Shown piece after piece: positions 10,301 to 20,537 of a stretch of DNA of 32,194 nt. The notes below the pieces were generated by a model. It was not told the DNA's origin, did not search any database, and was given only the letters and a program-made list of their open reading frames with translations. The DNA lies in contig MRSU01005286.1 in NCBI GenBank assembly GCA_008369845.1, positions 1-32,194 on the forward strand, given 5' to 3'. The stretch's first letter is position 1, and every line of letters begins with the position of its first letter. The position numbers and the translations under genes are program-made. The DNA is from Trichomonas gallinae (lineage: Eukaryota).

Positions 10301-12094
10301 AAATGCTAAGAATCGAATTTCAGCGATGTTAACAATATTCTTCGATGATTCTCTTACTGCGAGGTTGTATAGCTCTCTTACATCACTAGAATCAGCGAAT
10401 AAACCATAGCATTGAAGAATGTTGAGTAATTTCGCTGGAACATGCATAAACACTGGATTTGTGATCATATCTGATAATATTGGAACAAATGAATGCAAAA
10501 CAGATTTATCAGCGCCAGAAAACACGCAATAAATCAAAGATAGAATCGGATGATCCTGAAAAGCGATTCTGTACAACTCTGAGACTACCGTAGGCTCATA
10601 TGTCGTGCTGGAAATAATCGAAGTCAAGAAGGATTCACCTAGTTCTTCGATATCTATATTTGATGGATAATTTGTTTTCTTGGAAAGTGGAGCAATGGAG
10701 AAGAAAATCGTTAAGTACATGATTAATATATTCTGTTGCTCCGTCATATAGAAGTTTTCTATTGCTAGACGAACGAAATTCATTTGATTCTCAATGAAAT
10801 TCTGCTCAAACTGCTTAACTTGCAGCGAGGCAGTTAGAATAACCCACGCGTTGAGTGTGTTGCTCAATGTGTCGTTGTATGAAATGATTTCAATAGCAAA
10901 ATTGTATAATCTCGGCATTAATGAAGGACAAAGGTTATAAATCTTGCTGATGAATTTGAAGAAGTTCGACTTTGAATCTACGTTCTGAAGAGTGTAAATA
11001 ATGGTAGAAACAAGCGGTTCGAAAATTGATTCGTATTCTTGCTGGCTTGGCCTTATATCAACTGGAAGACCGAGTTTCTTCTCTGCAAGCAAAATGTCTG
11101 TGCGATGCAAACAAGAAACAATCGCGAAAATTAATGTTTGTAATGGAGAAGTGTCGTATTGGTCAATATTTGATGGATGAACGAAATCCTTGAGGCCAAC
11201 TAAGAAAGCCTGTATTCTTTTTACTGTAATTTCGCGCGATGGCGGTGAATAAAATAAGCAACACAACGCCTGAGCTAAAACATCGTAATCCCAGTTAGCG
11301 TTATGAGAGATCTCGATGTCTAATGTGACACACGACATGTAAATCGGCTCTACATTCCAAACAACGTGTAATAAAATTTGTTCGAAAATAACATCCAATA
11401 GATCCGAATTATCATCGTGGAAATGGTAAAGAACGAAATTTGTAAGTGAATTCGTTAAATAATGTCTTAAAGCTGTTATATCTGTTTCACGAAGATAATG
11501 TGTAAAAATTGGGACGACTTTCTTGTAATTTTTGGCATTCGTAGGATAAAGAAGTGAGAACATGAGCATTTCTCTTGGGTTTCCACCCGAAATAATCTTG
11601 GGCATGAAAAATTCATAAATTTCTTCATCGGCTCCATCAGGGAAAAAGTGTGCTATTTCCCATATGTGCTGGAATATTTTCGTAAGGGGCTCTGTATTAT
11701 TTGAAATTTCGAGTAGATAATCATGGCCAAAAACTTTATCGACGAAATTATAGACTATGTGCCAATCAACTTCAATAAATCTCTCCGATATATATTTTGG
11801 AATCAGTGTAACCATAAGAGAGATCACATCGAGCTGTATTGAATAATTGTAAATTGGATCGTAAAAGGATAACTTCATTAATATCTCAGAAATGCGTTTT
11901 CTGGACTCATTTCTCGGTTTCCTGAAGAAAGGGCAGCGTGGAAATACCGTTTTTGTAATAAAACGAATTTCCTCCGGATTCAACGGATCCAAACACTTCT
12001 CGTAATCTTCAGCAAGGCGCATCCAGAAGTCATCGTACTCCTCCGGTGTAAATTTTACGTTGTCCGGTAAAAGAGTTCGAATTCTTGCACGCAT
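7322..12094 (-). CDS. PSME4: Proteasome activator PA200/Blm10-family HEAT-repeat protein (divergent)
   Basis: 1590-aa helical protein. Motifs match the family in order: IEVDWHIVY (cf. LxWRPLY), HFFPDGADEEIYEFFMP (cf. YFPxxATxEMLxE), FVHPSN (cf. YHPSN), FWSKHEEQ (cf. FxRTHxDxW) and C-terminal APPSYIS (cf. SPxYYA). Confidence 0.8.
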   Translation of the reverse strand: MRARIRTLLPDNVKFTPEEYDDFWMRLAEDYEKCLDPLNPEEIRFITKTVFPRCPFFRKPRNESRKRISEILMKLSFYDPIYNYSIQLDVISLMVTLIPKYISERFIEVDWHIVYNFVDKVFGHDYLLEISNNTEPLTKIFQHIWEIAHFFPDGADEEIYEFFMPKIISGGNPREMLMFSLLYPTNAKNYKKVVPIFTHYLRETDITALRHYLTNSLTNFVLYHFHDDNSDLLDVIFEQILLHVVWNVEPIYMSCVTLDIEISHNANWDYDVLAQALCCLFYSPPSREITVKRIQAFLVGLKDFVHPSNIDQYDTSPLQTLIFAIVSCLHRTDILLAEKKLGLPVDIRPSQQEYESIFEPLVSTIIYTLQNVDSKSNFFKFISKIYNLCPSLMPRLYNFAIEIISYNDTLSNTLNAWVILTASLQVKQFEQNFIENQMNFVRLAIENFYMTEQQNILIMYLTIFFSIAPLSKKTNYPSNIDIEELGESFLTSIISSTTYEPTVVSELYRIAFQDHPILSLIYCVFSGADKSVLHSFVPILSDMITNPVFMHVPAKLLNILQCYGLFADSSDVRELYNLAVRESSKNIVNIAEIRFLAFTIATLGREISSTADEMRKVIKDLAKYRNSDERKTKRIGWNATSAALIPFGNYIMKVEPNNEEIKENGEKTIGDVLIPFKNMVGSPAKATPFFTEVVDELYVPYIEEIMKLEDVNQVISKMKPFYKACYIILQKMECYTSEDYSLFPKSFIDTPKMLRKPIKNLKLSHVALDLSFHLNKKFHDNQIISTEVSNILLSSCGYLGSDYNYFSVFHTLGLDDSAKMNGNRFIISQLLTIQYNKRLNSALKPLCKSINYLLDQVLQICLDKNVTIAGTGISVIQLLHQSVQPLAVKALAKLFKTDIPISDEFIFLYSYLSTPSPEVWMQPKLLKMLEPLTDLKNDESENNLKVRLMEDALDYDWTQIKGSEEQKSWEEFTLKLAKAIEDNYREESSFQLIAAAEVLTVLKHVDDVPESIFNFILKTACGEALRAVVVAITCIIIILQRKSPQKENIKTFDGKLKPLDELCKFVIKDIKGNSPEDFLPAADEAFEIENVCLYDNPSTGFYTTPKKYNDCIKTEFYKNDKLLAAIPEITRAIFNLDATEAQDSIVFQLFGFLASCMGPIILDPISELIKEEIDTIEDPEYWSFLVQIISDMVEGVKCWPVKDCHEFTRKIVMPIMIKSLNNPQFFDEFMSFPSAMYVLHPCRFSPFINYLLTAASADPNEPSFRRRALTCLMSISTRALSYVPIFQTLFDRFIKPLLISYKESQTDLFGVVFNSICDFINIFLMPTSSPYYDPKFPQMINGVVEFLDGLIKGVAGNSKKTEKLLENLWDQASRITPAVLTSIFPIFEHNVPKLLRLISTSNHDQSMSMISSLHDVTQSAAFAMNNDRFVMFLVNIFSNILTMSTLTQRKILNSTRAFLRFTTFATKPEALIYARDKLKEIFFKVSNPIIQVAILTTYGVLLRATNSEPIDINDRCAYVITAHLLDQREKVTEDSLEEIEKALMSCSDGEQIMFRRVIEFFWSKHEEQISPSVLGALDRYRTLAPPSYIS

Positions 12095-12678
12095 TTTTGG
12101 AGAACGATAAAAAAAAGCAGCTGAACTCGATTTTGTTTAACATATGGCTTTTTCTCACAAAATAAATGATGGTTCACGTTGGAATTTTCGCGAAATTCTC
12201 AAAATTTTCAAAAATCAAAAAATTTAATCAAAAATCTAACAATTTTAAAGCTATATTTAAAAAATACTCCTCTTTAACAATCTGTTTACAATACCTATAA
12301 GCAGCATTTATAACAAAAAATTATCAAGAAAATTATTCTTATCGAAAGTCAATATTTAGCAGCTTGAAATAGTAATTTTTGGATGATAAGTAATGTATTT
12401 TATTAGTAATAGCGAATATATTTCAATACTGAAATTCTCGAGATTGAAATCTAACAGAGAACTTAATTGCGGAATGTTTTTGTAAAGGTCTCTTGTTACT
12501 AAAGAATCATAGAATATCGATCTCCGTCTATCTTTGTTTTGTAAGAAATTAATGAAAAAATTAAATTTTGGAATAGCTTCAACCTGTTTTTGATTGAAAA
12601 TATCGTAACTTCATGCGAAAATATTTGGATGTATCATTGAAAATTGCAATAGTAAAAAAATAACGATATGAGATTAAA

Positions 12679-13161
12679 TTAAGCAAGGGAATCGCACATT
12701 TGGATTTGTTTTTCCTTCTTTAAAATTACATCTGCTGGCATTTGACGAGAAACCAGCTCATGTAATTCACTAAGAAGAGATTGACGAACGAAATTTATCG
12801 ATTTCTTTCTGTCATCGAGATCAGATACATCAAGTAATGAATCAGCAAGAACAGCGTTTTCTTCTTTTTGATTTTCGATGCTTGTTTGTAGTTCTTGATA
12901 TTGCTTTTGAAGAATTTGAACAGTATTTCTTAGAGAACGTACATGCTTTTGATTCGAATATGCAGGCATACTATTATACAAAGCGTGTTTTTGTTTAAAT
13001 TCTTCTGATAAAACTTTTTTGTCCGATTTCAATTTTTTGATCGTGATATTATCTTCTTCAACTGATGCTTTCAACAGATCTCGCTCTGATTCAAGCTCAG
13101 CGAGTTTCTTGCGAAGACTAGCAAGTATTTCAACGAAAGATTCACGGTCTTCACTATCCAT
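12679..13161 (-). CDS. Hypothetical coiled-coil protein (~160 aa)
   Basis: Heptad-rich ORF. Start placed at the first ATG (13161) rather than the TTG at 13167. Confidence 0.75.
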   Translation of the reverse strand: MDSEDRESFVEILASLRKKLAELESERDLLKASVEEDNITIKKLKSDKKVLSEEFKQKHALYNSMPAYSNQKHVRSLRNTVQILQKQYQELQTSIENQKEENAVLADSLLDVSDLDDRKKSINFVRQSLLSELHELVSRQMPADVILKKEKQIQMCDSLA

Positions 13162-13908
13162 GAACAAAAAAATAATTTGGAAATAATAAAGAAAATCAAT
13201 ATATTACGTTTTTTTCTTGATTTTTCTAAAATTTCATTAAGTAGTGAAAAATCCAAATAGCTAAGAATATACTATATTATGTAAAAATCACAAATCCTCA
13301 ATTAAAATTTGTTCAATCGCTTTGTTGCCCGTTAAAATTGAAATACTTGAGATTTTTTATCATCAAACCAGATTGCACGATTGGAGTTTTTTAGTGCTGT
13401 CAATAAATGAGCATATATTCAGTTTATCATTACTCTTTGTCATAAACGTTTCAGCCAATTTTATCACATCATGAATTATCAAGCGAAAGTCAAATATTCC
13501 GGTATATTGAGTTCCCTGATGTCATATAAATTAATCATTTCGTTTGTCATGCTTCAGTATTTGAATGTTGTTAAATTTGGTTGTATACAACTATGTAATA
13601 CATCATGCTAAACAATAAAATCATTGGATATATAATATCTGCTCCTATAAGCTCTTAATACAAAAATCATGAGCAAAATTCACAATATCTTTTTTATTTT
13701 AACTATTTTGCAAATTTTTACGGAGAAAAGTGAAACTACTCATACATAGTGTATGAATCATGCATTAAAATAGACTATTTTAAATAGTAAGAATTTTATT
13801 TTGACAAATAAATAATTTTACATATCAAATTAGACTTTATGTGACAAAAATTTGGTGCACAAAATCTGACGATTATTTCCCAGTCAATTTGTGTCCACTG
13901 ATTTTAAA

Positions 13909-16900
13909 ATGGCTGATATTGGTGAATTAGCGAAACAACTTGAGCAACTCTATCTTAGATTTGCCCAATTTGGTCCAACTGATCCAGCACATGAGCAGCT
14001 TATGCAAATCTATAAAAATCCCGAAAATATTGAACCAATGATTTTCCTTGCTCAAAATACTCAAAATTCACAAGTTAAAGTGACAGTATTTACAGGTATC
14101 TCAACATTAATACGCCAAACAAAGAAATATCCAGCGCCTTATAAATCAGGATTGTTTGATAGACTTCTTCCATTAGTTACTGTTGCACCAACACCACAAT
14201 TACAGCTCACTATTATTGATCGTCTCCTCAAATTGCAGGCAGACAATTTGACAGATGAAGAAAGAGATGAAGTTTTGATTATTTTCGCTAATTTCGCAAT
14301 GCAAATTACAGAAAATGCCAATCTTCTCCCAGGAGCTCTCCATTTCTGGGATCATATCATTCATTACTCACAGCTTCACGCATCTTTTGGCCAGTATCTC
14401 GTTGAAACATTCCTTCCTCTCGCTTTAAACATGTTCCACAGTGATTCTGAGATACATCGCTGCGCAGCTTACGAGTTTATTTTCCACTCTTTCGGTGAAT
14501 ATATCGAATTCCTTCAAATATCAGAAGACATTCAAGCTCAAATCAGTGAAGCTATAATCAACCAAGTTGACTTCATTATACAACAAAGTATCAATGAAAA
14601 TCAGATATTCTTTAATGCATTCTCTGAAATGTATTTAGATATCTTTGAATCGCATGATCTTGTCTTTCCAATCATCTACAAGATCATCGCTGTCCTCCAG
14701 GATACAGAAATTTCATCAGATATTCGCAGAATGCTCATTCAACCAATGTCAGCGATTATTCATATGCAAGCTGATGAATTAGTTGATGAATTCGAAGCAA
14801 TGCTGTCAGCTATGGTCCAATTCACATACCAGCTTGCTCAAGAGAACCAAGATGAAATGATTTATGCAGATACAACAGATTTCTATCTGGAAATCATCAG
14901 AGGACTCGAAGATTGCTGTGGTAACTCATTTGAGATCCTCAGCCCTCAAATAACTCAGCTTCTCCAATCTGAAGATCCAAATGCATTTTTGGTTGCTTTT
15001 ATGATCTTAACAGCTATTTTACCAGACTCTCCAGACACAGTTGTTGAACTCTACAACGATCTTGAAGAAATTGTTGAAGTTTCTTTGACTTCTGAAATTC
15101 CAACGCTTTTCGATGCTGCTGTCAATTTCCTTGAGGTCCTTGTGTCAGTCAACCCATCAATCGCTCCACACATTCAAGAAAAATTCGAAGCAATATTGTT
15201 GCAATGCATCCAGAACCAGAGAGTTTTAACTTTGCTCGCAGTTATCTACAGATCCAGCGAAACAGCGCCAGAAAACCCAGAAGCATCAATCGAGACCTTA
15301 ATACAGGTTTTCAGCGCGACAACGGACAGTTATCACCACGAATTAACATTCACTGCCATCGCCGAGCTCGTCAAGATTCTCTCTGACGCACCAGAAGGAT
15401 TATACCAGAAAGTCAAGCCAATTATTAACGAACTTATCACATCAGGCAGCGCTGCAATAGGATCCGCTTTGATTGGCTTCTCGTCTTTCGCTCTATGCGA
15501 TCCAACAGCTGTTACACCTGATTTAGAGGAAATGTGCAAGATTTTGCTTCAAGCTTTGACAATGAAAGACAAAGAAATTGTTTCCGGTGCTTTAGTTACA
15601 GCCGTTGAGCTCTTCCAAGTTTTCCCAACATCACTTGCTGGCCTCGCTCCGCAGTTTTTCGCTGAATCTCTGAGAATCGCGAACTTGTTGCCTAAATTCG
15701 AATTCGGTGAAGAAGAAGAGGACGAAAATCCAGAAGATGAGCTTGGTGATGAAAACCGCGACGATGAAAACGAGTATGACAAGTTCATGAGCACATTAGG
15801 CAACATGTCAGGCCACGGCTTGATGCTTGCCGGCTTCTTGTTCAACTTGTATGCAGAGAACTTGGCAGAACAAGCTGACGAATTAGTTGAAATATGGATG
15901 GCATTCGAAAACATCGAAAATGTCTACGGGTTATTCTACTTGTATCAGATGTCTCACGATCTTATCGAAGGCTTGGTCAAAATCGGCAAGGATCCATCCG
16001 AGATCATCAGAACGATGTTCGGCAACTTCGCGAGCAACGAAGACCAGGACGTTCGCATCAAATTATGGGAAGATGGCGCTTACGCAATCAGAAACATACC
16101 GGCGGAAGTCATCACCCCACACGCGCAGTACTTGTTCGAGATCATCATTGGCATCATGATGAACAAGGTATCAATATACTGCAGGCAGAATGAGCCGGAG
16201 AGACTCGAGAGCATTTTCGTCAAACCACTTATGAACTGCATCACAGAACTCTTCATGAAACTTGGAGCATCTGCGGCGCAGCTCACGCTTACAGTTGGTG
16301 AAGACAATGATGTCGCGCACGGCCCACTGATGGACAAGCTCAAACCAGCTCTTTTGAAACTCAACAACGATAAAAACCCAATCATCAGGTCATGCGCTGC
16401 AATGACAACAGCCTACATCGCAACATTCTTCCCAGAAGACGCAGAATTGATGCAGGGAGCAGCTGAAATGCTGATCAGGGACATAGAGTCATCATACAAT
16501 GACGTGAAGGTTTCTTTGTTCCAGGGCTTCAACTACTTGATGTGGATGAACAGAGATATTCTTAGAGAGGCAGCACCGCAGATCATGCAGAGCGCAATCG
16601 ACATGGTCAAGTCAACAGATATCTCCAACGCCAACAAATTCGATGCTGCAGTTGTCTGGGGATCAATCATTGAGCTGTACGAAGTCACTCCATCAATGGA
16701 GGACTTGGCAGCTGTCATCAATGTTTTGCCAGGACCAGCACACGACTACCAGCTTAAGTACAACGCACACTTTGTTTTGTTCGTGCTCAACAGGTGGCCG
16801 GAAGCAATACAAGGCGAGCCGCTGTTGATTAACGCTGTCACAATCATCGGATCTGACGATAAGCTTCTTGCAATCCTCGACAAGGGAGAAGCAGCTGCTT

Positions 16901-17019
16901 TGGCGAATGTTATCAACCAGGCAGATCCAGCAATTGTCGCAGCAATGGCTAAGAACATGGAGTTGCAGCTTCACTACATAGAAGTCCACACAGCACAGCT
17001 TCTTCAGACGCAACAATAA
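13909..17019 (+). CDS. Importin-beta/karyopherin-like HEAT-repeat protein (importin-4/5-like)
   Basis: About 1036 aa, acidic and all-helical with HEAT-like periodicity, an importin-N-like start (AHEQLMQIYKNPENIEPMIFL) and an internal acidic loop EEEEDENPEDELGDENRDDENE. ATG at 13909 is in AAAATG context. The subfamily is an inference. Confidence 0.7.
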   Translation: MADIGELAKQLEQLYLRFAQFGPTDPAHEQLMQIYKNPENIEPMIFLAQNTQNSQVKVTVFTGISTLIRQTKKYPAPYKSGLFDRLLPLVTVAPTPQLQLTIIDRLLKLQADNLTDEERDEVLIIFANFAMQITENANLLPGALHFWDHIIHYSQLHASFGQYLVETFLPLALNMFHSDSEIHRCAAYEFIFHSFGEYIEFLQISEDIQAQISEAIINQVDFIIQQSINENQIFFNAFSEMYLDIFESHDLVFPIIYKIIAVLQDTEISSDIRRMLIQPMSAIIHMQADELVDEFEAMLSAMVQFTYQLAQENQDEMIYADTTDFYLEIIRGLEDCCGNSFEILSPQITQLLQSEDPNAFLVAFMILTAILPDSPDTVVELYNDLEEIVEVSLTSEIPTLFDAAVNFLEVLVSVNPSIAPHIQEKFEAILLQCIQNQRVLTLLAVIYRSSETAPENPEASIETLIQVFSATTDSYHHELTFTAIAELVKILSDAPEGLYQKVKPIINELITSGSAAIGSALIGFSSFALCDPTAVTPDLEEMCKILLQALTMKDKEIVSGALVTAVELFQVFPTSLAGLAPQFFAESLRIANLLPKFEFGEEEEDENPEDELGDENRDDENEYDKFMSTLGNMSGHGLMLAGFLFNLYAENLAEQADELVEIWMAFENIENVYGLFYLYQMSHDLIEGLVKIGKDPSEIIRTMFGNFASNEDQDVRIKLWEDGAYAIRNIPAEVITPHAQYLFEIIIGIMMNKVSIYCRQNEPERLESIFVKPLMNCITELFMKLGASAAQLTLTVGEDNDVAHGPLMDKLKPALLKLNNDKNPIIRSCAAMTTAYIATFFPEDAELMQGAAEMLIRDIESSYNDVKVSLFQGFNYLMWMNRDILREAAPQIMQSAIDMVKSTDISNANKFDAAVVWGSIIELYEVTPSMEDLAAVINVLPGPAHDYQLKYNAHFVLFVLNRWPEAIQGEPLLINAVTIIGSDDKLLAILDKGEAAALANVINQADPAIVAAMAKNMELQLHYIEVHTAQLLQTQQ

Positions 17020-17311
17020 TTATAAAATTTTATTAGAGTTTTCTTCTGTTAATATAATTTTTTTTTCTCATTATGCAATCACATCAACCATCATCGTCTA
17101 TGAATCATCTGACCGTGTAAAAAAATATTCTAGACCAAGAATTACTGAATAAATATTTATAGGAGAATCAGAATCGTCAAATTCGTGATTTTTATCGAAG
17201 AAAATCGGAGAAGTGACGACTCAACGAATAAATTCATATCAAGAGTCGTAATTATAATTATAATTGCATTCTAACAAAATTTTAATTACAAAAACAACAA
17301 ATACAAAAGCT

Positions 17312-18154
17312 CTATGCTGCATTATCTAGATTATTTAATGCATTCTGTGCAATTGTTTGGATTGCAGATGAAAGATAAACATAATCATGAATATCTGATG
17401 TAGTTTTCGTTCTTCTATCAGTAAATGAGTGGCCCTTGCATGATGAAAGCGAGCATTTGTTCCGAATTCCTCCTCGCCTTGTTAAATCATGTGGAGATCT
17501 TGTATCTAAAGGAGGATTTTGATAATATGATAGATTTGCCTGCTCAAATACAGCTCCATAGCCGAAATATTTGAAAATTCTGCCAAATTGAAAGACTTTC
17601 ACTAAAGCGGGAGGATTTGAATTGACAAAATTGTTAAATGCTGTACGTAACAGTGATTTTGTATCTGGAATTGTAGTTCGCGCTTCAGTAGTATTTGTTG
17701 AGCATAAAAATCCTTGCTTTTCTCGAACAACGATATTATTTTTCGTGTATAAAAGAATTGTGCGCATATTATCGTATGTATTTGATAGGTTGAATGTTAA
17801 ATTCGTCCATCCTGTTGCTCCTGACGAATCAACAACGCAATTTTTGGTAGTTACGAAATAGGGAGAAAATAAAACTTGCGAAAATCGACTATCTACAGCC
17901 GAATTAGGATAATACGGGTCCTCTCCAATGATATAATGCAATGATTTGAACTGCGAATCTGTTGAAATATTCGTCTGATTGTTATAAGTGCTCGCAGAAG
18001 CAAAACATATCACCGCATTGAGCCCAGAGAATCCATAGTATGAAATGTTGGCAATTTTACCGTCCAGTTCTTGATAACAATAGTTATATGCATACATTTT
18101 ATAATTAAGGTTATTTAATTTTAAAATAAGGTTATATTTTTTATAAACGTCCAT
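17312..18154 (-). CDS. Hypothetical protein (N/T/S/Y-rich, probably beta-rich); true start may be the ATG at 18097
   Basis: An uninterrupted 280-codon ORF in AT-rich DNA is unlikely by chance. The first 19 codons are extremely AT-rich and may be non-coding. No family recognised. Confidence 0.65.
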   Translation of the reverse strand: MDVYKKYNLILKLNNLNYKMYAYNYCYQELDGKIANISYYGFSGLNAVICFASASTYNNQTNISTDSQFKSLHYIIGEDPYYPNSAVDSRFSQVLFSPYFVTTKNCVVDSSGATGWTNLTFNLSNTYDNMRTILLYTKNNIVVREKQGFLCSTNTTEARTTIPDTKSLLRTAFNNFVNSNPPALVKVFQFGRIFKYFGYGAVFEQANLSYYQNPPLDTRSPHDLTRRGGIRNKCSLSSCKGHSFTDRRTKTTSDIHDYVYLSSAIQTIAQNALNNLDNAA

Positions 18155-18839
18155 GGTTTTTAATTTTTCTCATTTTTTTATCATAATTATTGATAACTTG
18201 TTTATACAACACAAACCATCAGAATTAAAGCTGTTGATGGAGTAGGACCATAAGTGATACATGCTAGAAAATCCTTTTGTATGAATGAATAAATGATAAT
18301 CTTTGAGTTAATAATTTAAAATCAATTATTCTACAATGAATTCTAATAAATATGTTATCATTTCTCTCATACTATTAGGGTATGTAGTGTCCTATAATAT
18401 TTACCTACTAGGTTAGTTCAAATCTAATCATCCACGCTAGTGGACTTCAATATTTAACCTGGTGAATTTTTCAACAAATCACAAACAATTGTTGCCTTAA
18501 TTTAGTATAAATCTTAGTAACTCATTGAAATAGAACGTTTTTAAGTTCAAAATCAAACTTTCATTCAAGTATAAATATATTTTTATTATCTTCAACAGTT
18601 TGTGCTTAATGAATACTCATAAAATACATTTTGTAACGAAATATTTCCTATACTCCATATATATGAAAATGAAACCAAAGAAAATAAATCTGATGATTAT
18701 AGCTTTATTTTCTTTTATCTCATTGTTAATTGACAGGATACAACATTAGTATAGTATATAATTCATAAAAAAGAAATTGCAGCAAAATAATAAAATCAAA
18801 AAAATTATTTTTGATATTAATAATATAATATACAAAATT

Positions 18840-20216
18840 TTACATTAGCTCTTGCTGTAGGACTGCAGCCATTGCTTCGAATTCTTCATTTGTAAAATTC
18901 GATTTACAGAGTTGAACAATATGATCGAGTATCACAGCGACTGAAGCAACAGCAGTGAACGTGCTTCCGTCTGGTTCTTCGCTTGCCGGCCAAATGGAAA
19001 TTTGTGGATCCCTAGAAGGAGGAAGAGAAAGGCCTTCAACGTGTTCAGTTGTTGTGTCGAATTCGTAAATTTCAATTCTATCAGTGTAATTGGCAAAAAT
19101 TCTTGATATAATTTCGATGTTATCATAACCTTCTTGATACTTCTTCATTAATGGATTTGCTACGAACAAAATGACGTCTTTTGCTGGATTGAGGACCTTT
19201 TCAATGAAATCTTTTGCCTTTAACACAGGAATTTTGATTCTATTTTCTTTTGCTGGCTTAATATGAAGAATGAGGAAATTCAACCATGTGATTATATCGT
19301 CTGGCTTCGGTGTAATCTTCTGATATAATGTAGTCTTCGTTTCTCCTTTTTGATTATTAAAGATATAAATATAAATGGGATGAGCGTAAGAGATGATGGA
19401 AAACTCCTCAACATAAGGCTGAGCTAGGAAAACATCAATCATTTGGCATGAAATGTTAGTTTTGAACTTTTGATAAGCAGCTTCGAAATTTTGACTGACT
19501 TCATGGACATGTCTCGGATCCTTTGGATCGTATAATGCTATTAAAGCATTTTTGATTTTATACTGCTCGCCGAGAATTTCTTCATTCTCTGTATATAAGA
19601 ATTTTGGAGAAATATGCTCCGAAATTGTTTTTATGTCGATATCTGTAAGATTTATTAGTTTATCGTTGAGAGGATGGCATATTTGAACCTTAGGCAGTTC
19701 TAATTCTTTAATTAAATTTTTATCATTAACGATTCCGACGTGAAGGATTCCTCCGTATTGAGTAATGAGACTAGAAGCTCTTTTTGTAAGGGATGGTTCA
19801 GTAATAATTAAGTTTACAGGTTCCTGAGTTTGGAATCGATATAATTCGAAAGCAGAGTTAATTGTTTGGTATTCTACGTTTAGTAACTTGTTGCAGAATA
19901 TGTCTAAGTTTTCGAATGTCCATTGTTTATCGTAAAAACCCGCGAAATTTGTTTCTCTAAATATTCCGATTCGCAAAGGAAAGCCTGAATTATATTTTTC
20001 CGATAGAGACTTATCCTCTGTGAAAAAGAATTTGATGTCTGGTTCGTATTTTGTTGCTAATTTATCAAAAACACCAATAATTTCTTTGGATATCGGCGAA
20101 ATTCTTTCTCTAAACAGTACAACAGACACAGGAGACTGTTTTAATACATTTTGCAGACTTTTTGATGTGATTTTTTGTGATGATGCTAAACAAAAGGTAA
20201 ATAAGAAAGAAAGCAT
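18840..20216 (-). CDS. Secretory-pathway multi-thioredoxin-fold (PDI-like) protein lacking CXXC
   Basis: Signal peptide MLSFLFTFCLA. PVLKAKDFIEKVLNPAKDVILFVANP resembles the PDI a' domain start (VGKNFxEIVxDxxKDVLVEFYAP). The active-site positions read ISPIS and LMKKY. C-terminus is QQELM. Confidence 0.7.
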   Translation of the reverse strand: MLSFLFTFCLASSQKITSKSLQNVLKQSPVSVVLFRERISPISKEIIGVFDKLATKYEPDIKFFFTEDKSLSEKYNSGFPLRIGIFRETNFAGFYDKQWTFENLDIFCNKLLNVEYQTINSAFELYRFQTQEPVNLIITEPSLTKRASSLITQYGGILHVGIVNDKNLIKELELPKVQICHPLNDKLINLTDIDIKTISEHISPKFLYTENEEILGEQYKIKNALIALYDPKDPRHVHEVSQNFEAAYQKFKTNISCQMIDVFLAQPYVEEFSIISYAHPIYIYIFNNQKGETKTTLYQKITPKPDDIITWLNFLILHIKPAKENRIKIPVLKAKDFIEKVLNPAKDVILFVANPLMKKYQEGYDNIEIISRIFANYTDRIEIYEFDTTTEHVEGLSLPPSRDPQISIWPASEEPDGSTFTAVASVAVILDHIVQLCKSNFTNEEFEAMAAVLQQELM

Positions 20217-20222
20217 ATTATA

Positions 20223-20230
20223 AAAGTGAC
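20223..20230 (-). promoter_or_regulatory. Initiator (TCAYT) element of the PDI-like gene
   Basis: The minus strand reads GTCACTTTTATAATATG, placing TCACTT within about 13 nt of the ATG, typical of the trichomonad Inr. Confidence 0.6.
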
Positions 20231-20270
20231 ATTTTTCATGAGAACGATTATTTTCAATTCAATAATAAAT

Positions 20271-20532
20271 TTACCATGTAAAATAAATTATTGCCATGTA
20301 ATTATCAAATTTCGCCATGTAAATATTTGCTATGTAAAATTATATTATTGACACGTAACATGTAAATTTTGCCACATAAGTAAGATGTCAATTCTTTGAC
20401 ATGTAACTTTATAAATCTGTCTTGTAAATTGATAGATTATTGACACGTAATATTCAAATATTGTCATGAAAGTCAAAAATTTTGTTGTAAATTAAATTTA
20501 TTGACATGTAATATATTAAATTTGCCATGTAA
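20271..20532. repeat. Phased array of ~13 TTGNCAYGTAA boxes at ~21-bp spacing in a divergent promoter
   Basis: Copies start at 20271, 20291, 20312, 20327, 20348, 20369, 20396, 20417, 20440, 20461, (~20481, degenerate), 20501 and 20522. All have the same orientation, and the AT-rich spacers are poorly conserved. Confidence 0.85.
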
Positions 20533-20537
20533 ATGTA

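Noticed and set aside
13300..13700. Coding-looking debris in the spacers at 13.3-13.7 kb (also 0.85-1.2, 18.2-18.5 and 21.7-22.1 kb)
   Set aside because: No frame gave a recognisable motif, so a pseudogene call cannot be supported without a search.
20271..20532. CRISPR array or coding repeat interpretation of the phased boxes
   Set aside because: The repeats are only 11 bp with ~10-bp AT spacers, there are no cas genes, the context is eukaryotic, and there is no ORF.
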